DNA from: a virus
Taxonomy: Duplodnaviria > Caudoviricetes
DNA: 64,000 nucleotides
Virus record (IMG/VR): IMGVR_UViG_2721755553_000003
Coordinates: 236-64,235 of that record
Direction: 5' to 3' (one strand)
Numbering within the stretch: the stretch's first letter is position 1; each line of letters opens with the position of its first letter. The translations under genes and the position numbers were made by a program. Below, in pieces: positions 45,953 through 55,593 of this stretch. The notes beneath the pieces were generated by a model that had not been told where the DNA came from, made no database searches, and was given only the letters and a program-made list of their open reading frames with translations.

Positions 45953-46531
45953 ATGGCCGATATGCGGCTGACCTTCGTGCGCCAGATCGAGCGTCGCTCC
46001 AGCGACGGGCGCCTGATGGGGCTGTTCCGCTGCTCGTGCGGTGCCGAGACCGAGGTCGCCATCGGTCGGGTGAAGGCTGGCACGACCAAGTCCTGCGGCT
46101 GCCTTCGTCGGGAGATCCCTCCGAACACCCTGAAACACGGCAGGCACGGCTCGCCTGAGTATAGCTCATGGACATCCATGAAGCGGCGCTGCTTGGACGC
46201 ATCCCATAAAGATTTCGCTCGATACGGAGCGAAGGGGATCACGGTCCATCCCGAGTGGATCAACTCATTCCAGGCGTTCTTCGCGCACATCGGCGAGCGG
46301 CCGCCGGGCACAACGCTCGACAGGATCGACGGGAATCGCGGGTACGAGCCCGGGAACGTGCGCTGGGCAACGCCGAAAGTGCAGGCACACAATCGCGCCA
46401 GTCTAGTCTTGGTGAAAACTGACGCCGGGATCGTGCCCGTCATCGAATACGCCAGAGCACTCGGGATCAGTGGCGGCGCAGCTCTGATGCGCCTTCGTCG
46501 TGGAAAGCTGGAGGGCGCGACCTATGCCTGA
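45953..46531 (+). CDS. HNH homing-type endonuclease
   Basis: CSCG..KSCGC; YGAKGI; TLDRIDGNRGYEPGNVRWAT. Confidence 0.85.
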   Translation: MADMRLTFVRQIERRSSDGRLMGLFRCSCGAETEVAIGRVKAGTTKSCGCLRREIPPNTLKHGRHGSPEYSSWTSMKRRCLDASHKDFARYGAKGITVHPEWINSFQAFFAHIGERPPGTTLDRIDGNRGYEPGNVRWATPKVQAHNRASLVLVKTDAGIVPVIEYARALGISGGAALMRLRRGKLEGATYA

Positions 46532-47159
46532 GATGATCCAAGGGTCTCCCGAATGGTTGGATGCGAGGGCCGGTAAGGCCACGGCCTCGCGCATCTACGA
46601 CGTCCTCGCCGTGAAGAAGGACGGCAAGCCGACCGCGGAGCGCGAGCGGTACCTGATGGAGCTCGTCGGCGAGCGGCTGACGGGGCTCACGACCCAGCAC
46701 TACCTCACCGGCCCGATGCTGGAGGGCTCCGAGCGTGAGCCGCAGGCCGCCGACGCCTATGCCTTCCTGCACGGTGTCGACGTCGACCAGATCGGCTTCG
46801 TCGAGCACCCGAGCATCGCCATGGCCGGCGCCAGCCCGGACCGGCTGGTGGGCGATCTCGGCCTCGTCGAGATCAAGTGCCCGACCCTGCGCACGCACCT
46901 CGACACGCTGCTCTCCGGCACGATCCCGGAGCAGTACCTGCCGCAGATGCGCTGGCAGATGGCCTGCACGGGCCGGAAGTGGTGCGACTTCGCCTCCTGG
47001 CACCCGAGCGTGCCCCCGGCCCTGCGCCTCTGGGTGAAGCGCCTCCACCGCGACGACGAGCAGATCGCGAAGGACGAGGCGGCCGTGCGCGCCTTCCTCG
47101 GCGAGGTCGACGCCCGCGTCGCGTCCCTCCTGGCCATCGGAACGGCGGAGGCCGCGTGA
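46524..47159 (+). CDS. YqaJ/lambda-exonuclease family
   Basis: QGSPEWL..R.GKATASR; GASPD.LV...GLVEIKCP; Q..WQM. Confidence 0.92.
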   Translation: MPEMIQGSPEWLDARAGKATASRIYDVLAVKKDGKPTAERERYLMELVGERLTGLTTQHYLTGPMLEGSEREPQAADAYAFLHGVDVDQIGFVEHPSIAMAGASPDRLVGDLGLVEIKCPTLRTHLDTLLSGTIPEQYLPQMRWQMACTGRKWCDFASWHPSVPPALRLWVKRLHRDDEQIAKDEAAVRAFLGEVDARVASLLAIGTAEAA

Positions 47160-47926
47160 TGCTGATCCGTGTCGTTGATCTCGAAACCACCGGTTTCGAG
47201 CCGCCCGAGGCCGGTGTCTGCGAGGTGGGCTGGTGCGACCTCGCCGCGGCGGGCCGGGACGAGGCCGGTGCTCCGACCGGCTGGCGCGTCGAGGGCGGCC
47301 TGTGGTCCTTCGTGAACCCGGGCCACCCGATCACGCCCGCCACGTCGGCCGTGCACCACATCGTCGACGAGGACGTGGCGGACGCGCGCCCGTGGGAGCG
47401 GGTTCTCCCGGGCGTTCTGACGACGGCCGCGCCGATCGTCGCCCTGGCCGCGCACTCGGCGAAGTTCGAGCGGCAGTGGTTCACCGACGAGGTGACCGGC
47501 GGCCTGCCCTGGATCTGCACGTACAAGTGCGCCCTTCGGCTCTGGCCGGACGCGCCGCTGCACTCGAACATGGGCCTGCGCTACTGGCGCCGGCCGGAGG
47601 GCTTGGACCGGGCCCAGGCCGCGCTCGCGCACCGGGCCTACCCAGACGCCTACGTCACCGCGCACCACCTGCGCGACCTCCTCGCCCTCGCGCCGATGGA
47701 GGACCTCATCCGCTGGTCGAGCGAGCCGGCGCTTCAGGTCCGCTGCCACATCGGCAAGAACCGCGGCCTGCTCTGGTCCGAGGTCGACTTCAGCTTCCTC
47801 CAGTGGGTCGCCGATCGCGACTTCGACGAGGACGTGCTGTTCACGGTCCGCCACGAGATGCAGCGCCGCCGCGATGCGTGGGCGGCCGAGGCGAAGGCCG
47901 AGCGCGAGCGGGAGGGCATCGCCTGA
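47159..47926 (+). CDS. DEDDh 3'-5' exonuclease (ExoX-like)
   Basis: VVDLETTG; AAHSAKFE; AHRAYPDA. Confidence 0.88.
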   Translation: MLIRVVDLETTGFEPPEAGVCEVGWCDLAAAGRDEAGAPTGWRVEGGLWSFVNPGHPITPATSAVHHIVDEDVADARPWERVLPGVLTTAAPIVALAAHSAKFERQWFTDEVTGGLPWICTYKCALRLWPDAPLHSNMGLRYWRRPEGLDRAQAALAHRAYPDAYVTAHHLRDLLALAPMEDLIRWSSEPALQVRCHIGKNRGLLWSEVDFSFLQWVADRDFDEDVLFTVRHEMQRRRDAWAAEAKAEREREGIA

Positions 47927-48219
47927 TGGCCCGCTACGTCCTCGAAGGCGAATGGTCCGGCTACTCATCGTCCCAGCGCCGCGTCGTCCACCGCGAGACG
48001 ATCAACGAGCGCCGCCGCGCCAGGTACGAGGGACGCGGCCGCTTGTTCGCGGTCCGGTTCACGGATGGCACCCTGCTGGAGCTGTCCGTCCGCCCGGTCC
48101 GCCGCGGCGAGAAGGTCGAGACGCTCCTCGGCTACGGCTCCCTGATCTCCGAGGCAGAGGCGAGCACGGCGACGTGCTTCCAGGTCCGGCCGATCAGCGG
48201 TTCGGACGAGGCCGCCTGA
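47926..48219 (+). CDS. Hypothetical protein (97 aa)
   Basis: TGATG coupling. Confidence 0.6.
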   Translation: MARYVLEGEWSGYSSSQRRVVHRETINERRRARYEGRGRLFAVRFTDGTLLELSVRPVRRGEKVETLLGYGSLISEAEASTATCFQVRPISGSDEAA

Positions 48220-48362
48220 TGTCCTGGCCCAGCCTCTTCATCGGGATCGCCATCGGTCTCGCCCTGGCCGGCGCCGTCTGGTCGCTCGTGTCCTCGCACC
48301 GCGCCCTCCAGGCCGAGGACGCCGCGCGCGCCGCCTCCCAGCGCGGGGAGGGCGACCGCTGA
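48219..48362 (+). CDS. TM microprotein (47 aa)
   Basis: MSWPSLFIGIAIGLALAGAVWSLV; coupled at both ends. Confidence 0.55.
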   Translation: MSWPSLFIGIAIGLALAGAVWSLVSSHRALQAEDAARAASQRGEGDR

Positions 48363-48886
48363 TGGCCGCCCCTATCTGCCCGACCTGCGGGACCGCCGCG
48401 CGCCTCACCGACGGCCGCGAAATCTACCCGCACCGCCCCGACCTCGCGGACAAGCCGATCTGGGCCTGCACGGTCTGCGAGGACACGTACGTCGGCTGCC
48501 ATCCCGGCACCGAGGAGCCGCTCGGGTTCCCGGCCGACGCCGCGCTGCGCGAGGCGCGGATCCTCCTGCATCACCGCAGGATCGACCCGCTCTGGAAGGA
48601 TGCCCCGCGGACCGGTGGATATGGCCGCCTCGACGCCGAGGGCATCAAGACCGTCCAGCGCGCCGCCCGAGTCCGCGTCTACGGCTTCCTCGCCGCCCGC
48701 ATGGGACTCACCCGCGAGACCTGCCACACGGCGATGTTCACGCTGGAGCAGTGCCGCGAAGCTTGGACCGCGCTGAAGGGCGTCTCGTACGGCGAGATCC
48801 GCGACTGGGCGAAGTTCGGCGAGGGGCGGAAACCGACCGGTCGGAAGCGGCGCGCCCCGGCGAGCGGCGAAGGGGTAGCGGCATGA
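48362..48886 (+). CDS. Zinc-finger protein (DUF3268-like)
   Basis: CPTCG..A.L...IYP......WAC..C...YVGCHPG...PLG. Confidence 0.8.
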   Translation: MAAPICPTCGTAARLTDGREIYPHRPDLADKPIWACTVCEDTYVGCHPGTEEPLGFPADAALREARILLHHRRIDPLWKDAPRTGGYGRLDAEGIKTVQRAARVRVYGFLAARMGLTRETCHTAMFTLEQCREAWTALKGVSYGEIRDWAKFGEGRKPTGRKRRAPASGEGVAA

Positions 48887-49776
48887 CGCCAACCCGCCCC
48901 GTCCTCCGCTGGCACGGCGGGAAGTGGCGCCTCGCGCCCTGGATCGTGCAGCACTTTCCGGCCCATCGACTATACACCGAGGCGTTCGGCGGCGCGGCGA
49001 GCGTCCTACTGCGCAAGCCCCGGTCCTATGCCGAGGTCTACAACGACCTCGACGACGACGTGGTCGGCCTGTTCCAGGTCCTGCGTTCGGAGCGCGCGCC
49101 CGAGCTGCTGGCCGCGCTGCGCGCCACACCCTTCGCTCGGGCCGAGTTCGAGCGGGCCTACGAGATCTCCGCCGACCCGGTGGAGGAGGCGCGTCGCCTC
49201 GTGATCCGCTCGTTCATGGGCTTTGGCTCGGACGGCTTCAACCGCGAGGTGACGACCGGCTTCCGCGCGAACGCGCACCGGTCCGGCACCACGCCGGCGC
49301 AGGACTGGGCCAACCTGCCCGACGCGCTCACCTTCACCGTCGAGCGGTTGCGCGGCGTGGTGATCGAGCACCGCGACGCGACCGGCGTGTTCGCCCAGCA
49401 CGACGCACCGGACACGCTCCACTACGTCGACCCGCCATACCTGTTCGAGACGCGCTCGCAGAAGAACCGAGGCGGCGGGCGGGGCCGGGGCGGCTGCTAC
49501 CGCCACGAGCTGACCGACGCGGACCATGCCCGGCTGCTGGAGGTTCTGCTCGGCCTCAAGGGCATGGTGGTGCTGTCCGGTTACCCGGCGCCCACCTACG
49601 ACGCTGCGCTAGCGAGATGGACCCGTGTCGAGCGGGCCGCCCACGCCGACGGCGCCCGCGCCCGCACCGAGGTCCTCTGGATTAACCCGCGCGCGGCCGC
49701 CCGCCTGCAGGCCTTCGGGTCCGTCCTCGCCCAGGCGCACCTGTTCGCAGATCCCGCACCGGGAGCGGCGGCATGA
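48883..49776 (+). CDS. Dam/D12-class N6-adenine methyltransferase
   Basis: WHGGKW.LA; EAFGGAASV; YNDL; YVDPPY. Confidence 0.9.
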   Translation: MTPTRPVLRWHGGKWRLAPWIVQHFPAHRLYTEAFGGAASVLLRKPRSYAEVYNDLDDDVVGLFQVLRSERAPELLAALRATPFARAEFERAYEISADPVEEARRLVIRSFMGFGSDGFNREVTTGFRANAHRSGTTPAQDWANLPDALTFTVERLRGVVIEHRDATGVFAQHDAPDTLHYVDPPYLFETRSQKNRGGGRGRGGCYRHELTDADHARLLEVLLGLKGMVVLSGYPAPTYDAALARWTRVERAAHADGARARTEVLWINPRAAARLQAFGSVLAQAHLFADPAPGAAA

Positions 49777-51464
49777 ACGCGCCCGTTCGCTACCTGTCCG
49801 TCTGCTCCGGGATCGACGTCGCCTCGCTCGCGTGGGTGCCCCTCGGGTGGCAGCCGGTCCTCGTCTCCGAGATTGAGGCGTTCCCACGCGAGGTCCTGCG
49901 GATCCGGCACGGCGCCTTCGACGCGCGGTTCACCCGCCCGGCCGACAGCCTCGCGCTGTGGGGCGACTTCACCGCGTTGCGCATGCGCTTCCTTCGCCGC
50001 CTCGGCATCAACCCTGCCGACATCGACGTGTTGGTCGGCGGGACGCCCTGCCAGGGGTTCTCCGTCGCCGGCCTACGCGGCTCGCTCTCCGACCCCCGCG
50101 GGGAGCTGTCCCTCACCTTCATCATGCTGGCCCATGCAATTCAGTCTGCTCGCGCCCACGCCGGGAAGCCCGGCCTCGTCGTCGTCTGGGAGAACGTCCC
50201 CGGCGCCTTCACGACGGAGGACAACGCCTTCGGCTGTTTCCTGGCAGGCATTGTCGGGGCAGACGATGCCGTCCTACCGGGCGCCCGTCCTCCGCGAGGC
50301 AAGAGCAATCAGCTCTGGCGGTGGCGCGCGGCCGGACGCGTCCCGGTCCTCGACGACGAGGGAAACGAGACCGGGCGGTTCGTCGAGCGAACCGAGGGCC
50401 ACATCCCCCGCTGGCCAAGTGCAGGTATGGTTGCCGGGCCACGGGGGCGGGCGGCATGGCGTGTTCTCGACGCTCAACACTTCGGCCTCGCCCAACGACG
50501 CGAGCGCGTGTTCGTTGTCGCAAGTCTTGGAGACGGGCCCGATCCCGCCGAAATACTTTTTGAGCCCGAAGGCCTGTTTGGGGATCCTGCGGCGGGCCGA
50601 GAAGCGCCGGAAGACGTTGCCGCCACTCTTACGGGCAGCGTTGGAGGCGTCAGCGGCAAGGATGATATCGCTGGCCGGGTTGTCGCGGGTACACTGACTG
50701 CTCATGGAGCGCGGGCGCGCGGCGCCGGGGTGAACCCCGAGGGGCTGGTAGCGGCCTGCCTGAACGGCGTCGGCAGCTACGATGGTGACCTGCCGACCCT
50801 GCGGGCGGCTGGCGGCGATGCGGGTGGAGGCAGCGAGGCTATCCTCGCCTTCGGCGGCAACCGGCAGAGCGGACCGGTCGACGTCGCGACGGCCCTGAAC
50901 GCGCACGGTGGCCCGCACGGGCGCCTCGACTTCGAGACCGAGACCTTCATCGTAGCGCCGCGGACAGCCGGTGCGCTCCGAGCGGAAGGGTTCGACGCCA
51001 GCGAGGACGGCTCCGGCCGGCAACCCGCGCTGATCGCGTTCGACACGACGCAGATCACGAACCCGCACAACCGGAGCAATCCGCAGCCGGGCGCGCCGTG
51101 CCATCCGCTGTCCGCGCAGGCGCACCCGCCCGCAATCGCCTTCGACTGCAAAGCCGGGGGCGAGACGAGCTTCTCCATCGGAGACCTGCCGGGCGCGCTG
51201 CGCGGCGAAGGGCATGGCGGCGGCCACGCGGCCGTGGCGCAGGCGAGCGGCGTCCGCCGCCTGATGCCGACCGAGTGCGAGGCGCTCCAGGGCGTCCCGC
51301 GCAACTTCACCCGCATCCCGTGGCGCGGCCAGCCGGAAGAGCTGTGTCCGGACGGCCCGCGATACCGCGCGCTCGGCAACGCCTACCCGCGGCCGGTGCT
51401 CGCCTGGCTCGGGCGGCGGATCGGACACGCCCTCACCACCACCGTTCTTGAAGCCGCGGAGTAG
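49773..51464 (+). CDS. C5-cytosine DNA methyltransferase
   Basis: SVCSGI; GTPCQGFS; WENV; QRRERVF; YRALGNA. Confidence 0.92.
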   Translation: MNAPVRYLSVCSGIDVASLAWVPLGWQPVLVSEIEAFPREVLRIRHGAFDARFTRPADSLALWGDFTALRMRFLRRLGINPADIDVLVGGTPCQGFSVAGLRGSLSDPRGELSLTFIMLAHAIQSARAHAGKPGLVVVWENVPGAFTTEDNAFGCFLAGIVGADDAVLPGARPPRGKSNQLWRWRAAGRVPVLDDEGNETGRFVERTEGHIPRWPSAGMVAGPRGRAAWRVLDAQHFGLAQRRERVFVVASLGDGPDPAEILFEPEGLFGDPAAGREAPEDVAATLTGSVGGVSGKDDIAGRVVAGTLTAHGARARGAGVNPEGLVAACLNGVGSYDGDLPTLRAAGGDAGGGSEAILAFGGNRQSGPVDVATALNAHGGPHGRLDFETETFIVAPRTAGALRAEGFDASEDGSGRQPALIAFDTTQITNPHNRSNPQPGAPCHPLSAQAHPPAIAFDCKAGGETSFSIGDLPGALRGEGHGGGHAAVAQASGVRRLMPTECEALQGVPRNFTRIPWRGQPEELCPDGPRYRALGNAYPRPVLAWLGRRIGHALTTTVLEAAE

Positions 51465-51468
51465 CAGC

Positions 51469-52125
51469 ATGGCCGAGACACCCTTCGTGCCCCCGACGAG
51501 CACCGCCTACTCGTCCGTCTTCACCCTCGTCCGCGACTGGCTCGGGCTCGCCGGGCTTGGAGCCGACGCTCCGGTCCTGGACTCGCTGGCTCGCAACATT
51601 GCGGCCGACATGTGCGAACGCGACCTCGCTCCCGCTGCCTACGGGGACAAGCGCCGGCCGTACTATACCCACGCCTGCGCCGGCGTAGAGGGCATGTGCG
51701 CGACCCTGCACCTCCGCGACGGCTCGCTGGAACTCGTCTTCAAGGACGAGCAGCTGGATCTCGTGAGGGAGGAAGGCGACGACCTCCACGTGGCGCACAT
51801 CGAGGCGTCCGAGGTCCTCGCGCTCCGGCAGTGGCTGATCGACTTCCTGCCGGCGTCCGAGGCCGAGATCAGCGCGGGGCATGGCGTGGCGCCGCCCGTG
51901 AACGTCACCGTGCCCGCGCCCGGCACCGAGGAGCGCCACTTCTGGCTGGAGGCGGCCGAGCAGCACGGCTTCGAGAGCACCAACGGCGAGGAGGAGCTGC
52001 CCGCCTTCGACCCGCCCGCCTACCTCGCCACCGAGGACGAGGTGCGGAAGCTCATGGCCGCCGCGCGTGAGCAGGGGCGGAAGGACGTGCTCGACGCCCT
52101 CGCGACGGGAGGCGCCCGTGGCTGA
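51469..52125 (+). CDS. Hypothetical protein (218 aa)
   Basis: ORF 4 nt after the MTase stop. Confidence 0.65.
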   Translation: MAETPFVPPTSTAYSSVFTLVRDWLGLAGLGADAPVLDSLARNIAADMCERDLAPAAYGDKRRPYYTHACAGVEGMCATLHLRDGSLELVFKDEQLDLVREEGDDLHVAHIEASEVLALRQWLIDFLPASEAEISAGHGVAPPVNVTVPAPGTEERHFWLEAAEQHGFESTNGEEELPAFDPPAYLATEDEVRKLMAAAREQGRKDVLDALATGGARG

Positions 52126-52342
52126 GACCTTCACAGCCGCAGACCTCGCCGCCTGCGCCGAGCGTGAGCTTGCCCAGCGCCGGCGTGCCTACCCGCGATG
52201 GGTCGAGGCCAAGCGCATGACCCAGGCCCTGGCCGACCGTCAGACCGCGCTTATGGAGGCGATCGCGCGCAAGCTCCGGGCGGAGGCCGATGCCGAGGGC
52301 GCGAAGGGGGACCTGTTCGGCGGGGAGGTGCGTCATGGCTGA
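52118..52342 (+). CDS. Hypothetical protein (74 aa)
   Basis: CAERELAQRRRAYPRWV; GTG overlap. Confidence 0.65.
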   Translation: MAETFTAADLAACAERELAQRRRAYPRWVEAKRMTQALADRQTALMEAIARKLRAEADAEGAKGDLFGGEVRHG

Positions 52343-52616
52343 CGATCCCCTGTCCCGCTTCCTCGACGCCAAGCGCGTCTTCGTCCGGGTCTACCGCCTG
52401 CCGGCGAAGCTGACCGAGGGCTACTGCTTCGGCGACGGCGTGCCGATCACCTTCACCAACGTCGACTGGTTCGAGTGCCCAGCCGACGAGGATCGCACGG
52501 CGCTCGTCGAGTTCATCCGGAGCAAGGCGTACTGCCGCCCCGACGCGCGCTTCCTCGTGCTCGGCGACAGCCCGGATTTCGTCTTCACGATTGAGCCGGA
52601 GGTGGCCCGTGGCTGA
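52335..52616 (+). CDS. Hypothetical protein (93 aa)
   Basis: GGAGG SD, coupled. Confidence 0.6.
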   Translation: MADDPLSRFLDAKRVFVRVYRLPAKLTEGYCFGDGVPITFTNVDWFECPADEDRTALVEFIRSKAYCRPDARFLVLGDSPDFVFTIEPEVARG

Positions 52617-53451
52617 CCGTCCCATCCTGTTCAGCGCGCCGATGGTGCTCGCCCTGCTCCGCGAGGCGCGCCAGCCCGGCGCCGGCAAGACGCAGACGCG
52701 GCGCGTCCTGAAGGACGAGATCCGCGAGGCTCCGGGCATGGATGCTGTCCACCCGAAGAACACGATCAAGCATCCGGCGCCGTACCTCGACTCCTACTGC
52801 AGCGGGCCGCGCTCGCCGCTCAACCCGCGCGGCATGTCGGATCAGTGGTGCTGGTGGACGCGCGACGATCGTCAGTGCCTGCCGACCTTCCGGGTGCCGT
52901 TCGTCCCGGGGGATCGCCTCTGGGTGAAGGAGACCTGGTGCCACACAGGCGAGGGCGTCTGGTCCGTCCGGGATAGCCATACCGCCCTCGACGGCCGGGT
53001 GATCTACCGAGCCGACGATGAACGGCGAGATCCGGGCATCAAGTGGTTCTCGTCGCTCTTCCTGCCTCGCTTCCGATCCCGCCTCACGTTGCTGGTGACG
53101 GACGTCCGGGTCGAGCGCCTCCAGGACATCAGCCGAGAGGACGCGGTCGCCGAGGGCGCCACCATGAGGCCGCGCGCATACCGCGGTGGCGATGGCTGGT
53201 GCATGGATTGGTCACCAGTCGGCAGGGCGAGCCGGTGGGCTGCCGACGGCAAGACGCTCTCCGAGGAGGACATTTGCTTCTCCGACCCGCGGAGTGCGTT
53301 CGGCAGCTTCATCAACGAGCTGCACGATCCGCGCTGGAACCTGAAAGGTGACGGTCTCTGGGGTGAAAATCCGTGGATTTGTGCGGTGAGCTTCTCCGTC
53401 CACGCGCGCAACATCGACCAGTTCGCGCCGATCGCCGAGGCCGCGGAATGA
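52609..53451 (+). CDS. ASCH/PUA-like phage protein
   Basis: RPILFS..MV.ALL...KTQTRR; GDRLWVKETW; VERLQDIS..DA.AEG; NPW...VSF. Confidence 0.75.
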   Translation: MADRPILFSAPMVLALLREARQPGAGKTQTRRVLKDEIREAPGMDAVHPKNTIKHPAPYLDSYCSGPRSPLNPRGMSDQWCWWTRDDRQCLPTFRVPFVPGDRLWVKETWCHTGEGVWSVRDSHTALDGRVIYRADDERRDPGIKWFSSLFLPRFRSRLTLLVTDVRVERLQDISREDAVAEGATMRPRAYRGGDGWCMDWSPVGRASRWAADGKTLSEEDICFSDPRSAFGSFINELHDPRWNLKGDGLWGENPWICAVSFSVHARNIDQFAPIAEAAE

Positions 53452-53831
53452 GCTGCTACGTCGACCAGCCCATCTTCCCGTTCGGGCGCATGATGATGTG
53501 CCACCTCTGGGCCGACAGCCTCAATGAGCTGCTGGCGATGGTGGACCGCATCGGTGTCGACCGGAAGTGGATCCAGGGCCACCCGGATCTCTCGTTCGGG
53601 AAGCACCGCAACGCCTCGTGGGTCCACTTCGACATCGCGAAGGGCAAGCGCGCCCTGGCGATCCAGGCCGGCGCGCTGGAGACCGACCGCTACGGGGCCA
53701 GCTACTTCGACGCGCAGCAGCGCGGGCGCACCAAGATGGTTGCGGACATTGAGGTGATCCGGGCCAAGGCCGGGAAGCCGGTCGACGGCATCATTCGGCC
53801 GACCGAGGACACGAGCGGGAGGGCAGCGTGA
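53448..53831 (+). CDS. DUF4031-like protein
   Basis: YVD.......MCHL.ADS..EL......IG...W.Q....HFDI....R..AI..GA. Confidence 0.8.
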   Translation: MSCYVDQPIFPFGRMMMCHLWADSLNELLAMVDRIGVDRKWIQGHPDLSFGKHRNASWVHFDIAKGKRALAIQAGALETDRYGASYFDAQQRGRTKMVADIEVIRAKAGKPVDGIIRPTEDTSGRAA

Positions 53832-54124
53832 GCCGTCTGACAGATCCCGCGCGCCTCCATCACCTCGAGCATATGCCCCTCGGCCTCGTCGGACCAGAAT
53901 GGGAGCCGGGCGGCGCCAAGTTCGAGGCGGCGCGCGTTTCGACCGCCAGAGCGCTGACCAGGCTGGCGAAGGTGGATTGGCCGGCGGATCAGGTCATGGA
54001 CTGGGAGGTCCGGTCCTGGCTCCGGGAGCAGCACTACGGCGATCCGGGGATGGGTGGTCTACGGAGGGTGGCCGAGTCCGAAGCAGCCGGCCTGGCGGAG
54101 CGAGGAGGGGGCAGTGCCGCGTAG
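53828..54124 (+). CDS. Hypothetical protein (98 aa)
   Basis: GTG overlap with the upstream stop. Confidence 0.55.
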   Translation: MSRLTDPARLHHLEHMPLGLVGPEWEPGGAKFEAARVSTARALTRLAKVDWPADQVMDWEVRSWLREQHYGDPGMGGLRRVAESEAAGLAERGGGSAA

Positions 54125-54545
54125 CGCCAGGATCCCCGCCCCGAACGAGGTCACGGACGAGACCATGATGCCGCTCAGCGTGGCGGCCGAGGTCGCGGTC
54201 ACCCATGGCGTCGTCACGAGCGCGTCGGCGAAGGCCTTGCGGCGCGAGGCCGAGCATGATCGGCTAACGACCTACGAGGTATTCGGGCGCCTGCACACGA
54301 CCCTCGGCGACATCAAGAAGATGGTGAAGCGATGCCGCGTCCAGCCAAGGGTGCCCGCCTCTACTACAAGGCCGCCGACGACCGCTGGGTCATCCGAGAC
54401 ACCGGTGGCATCGAACGCGGCACGGGCTGCAGCTATGGAGAGCGTGAGGCGGCTGAAAGAGCGCTGCAAGCCTACCTCTCCGAGAAGCACACCCCCGATT
54501 TCGGCCGCGGTGATCCCGCTACAGTCGAGATCGCGGACGTCCTGA
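54114..54545 (+). CDS. Putative excisionase, overlapping the integrase by 214 nt
   Basis: MerR-like wHTH pattern (PLSVAAE...LRREA..DRL......R..TT..DI..M); upstream of int. Confidence 0.65.
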   Translation: MPRSARIPAPNEVTDETMMPLSVAAEVAVTHGVVTSASAKALRREAEHDRLTTYEVFGRLHTTLGDIKKMVKRCRVQPRVPASTTRPPTTAGSSETPVASNAARAAAMESVRRLKERCKPTSPRSTPPISAAVIPLQSRSRTS

Positions 54546-55537
54546 AGCTCTACGCCGACGAGCACGCGGCCGGCACGAAGCGGCCCGACGTCGCGTGGTC
54601 GGCGCTCCCGCACCTGATCACCTTCTTCGACGGGAAGAAGGTCGCACACGCCACGCCGAACCTGTGCCGGGCCTACGCGAAGTGGCGGACCTCGCAGCCG
54701 CAGGCGCGGTTCAAGTTCGGGCCTGGCTACCGGTACGCGACCGAGGCCGAGGTGCCCCGGGTCGGCGATCAGACCGCGCGCCGCGAGCTGGGCGTGCTCT
54801 CGGCCGCCTTCGGCTACGCCCACAGCGAGCACAAGCTGCTCTACCCGGTCCCCGTGACGATGCCGGACCGGGCGCCGGCGCGCGATCGGTGGCTCAGCCG
54901 CTCGCAGGCGGCCGCACTGCTGCTCGCCGCGCTGGGCTTCCGGCCGACCGGGCGGCACGATGCGAAGGGGAAGGAGATCTGGCGGCGGCCGCGCGAGAAG
55001 GCGCGGCCGGGCGAGGACAGGGGCCGCGCGCTGTTCGTCCAGCGCCACGTCGCCCGGTTCATCCTGGCCGGCCTCTATACCGGCACCCGGCACGAGGCGA
55101 TCCTGCGCCTGAAGTGGATCGAGAGCACCGACGGCGGCTTCGTCGACCTGCGCTCCGGCATCATCTACCGGCGCGGTACCGCCGAGGGCGAGTCCTCGAA
55201 GCGGCGGACCCCGATCCCGATGTCGAAGCGGCTCGCCGCGCACATGCGGCGCTGGCGGAAGAACGGCGCCTACGTGATCGAGTTCGAGGGCAAGCCGATC
55301 CTGCGTCTCCGGCGCGCTTGGACTACGGCGCGGAAGGGCGCCGACCTCGGCGAGGAGATCACGCCGCACGTCCTGCGCCACACCTTCGCGACGTGGGCCG
55401 TGATGGCCGGCGTGCCGTTCGGCAAGGTCGCCCGCGCGCTCGGCACCACCGAGCAGGTCGTGGAGCAGGTCTATGGCCACCACCTGCCAGAGCATCTGCG
55501 CGGCGTCGTCGAGACTGTGTCGCGTGGCGGACGATAG
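54332..55537 (+). CDS. int: Tyrosine integrase
   Basis: YTGTR; ITPHVLRHT; VYGH; the LGH position reads LGT. Confidence 0.92.
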   Translation: MPRPAKGARLYYKAADDRWVIRDTGGIERGTGCSYGEREAAERALQAYLSEKHTPDFGRGDPATVEIADVLKLYADEHAAGTKRPDVAWSALPHLITFFDGKKVAHATPNLCRAYAKWRTSQPQARFKFGPGYRYATEAEVPRVGDQTARRELGVLSAAFGYAHSEHKLLYPVPVTMPDRAPARDRWLSRSQAAALLLAALGFRPTGRHDAKGKEIWRRPREKARPGEDRGRALFVQRHVARFILAGLYTGTRHEAILRLKWIESTDGGFVDLRSGIIYRRGTAEGESSKRRTPIPMSKRLAAHMRRWRKNGAYVIEFEGKPILRLRRAWTTARKGADLGEEITPHVLRHTFATWAVMAGVPFGKVARALGTTEQVVEQVYGHHLPEHLRGVVETVSRGGR

Positions 55538-55593
55538 GCGGAGCTGAGAGAAGTCCAAGCAGTCGGTCGGTGGCCAATGCACAGTGAGATCGT

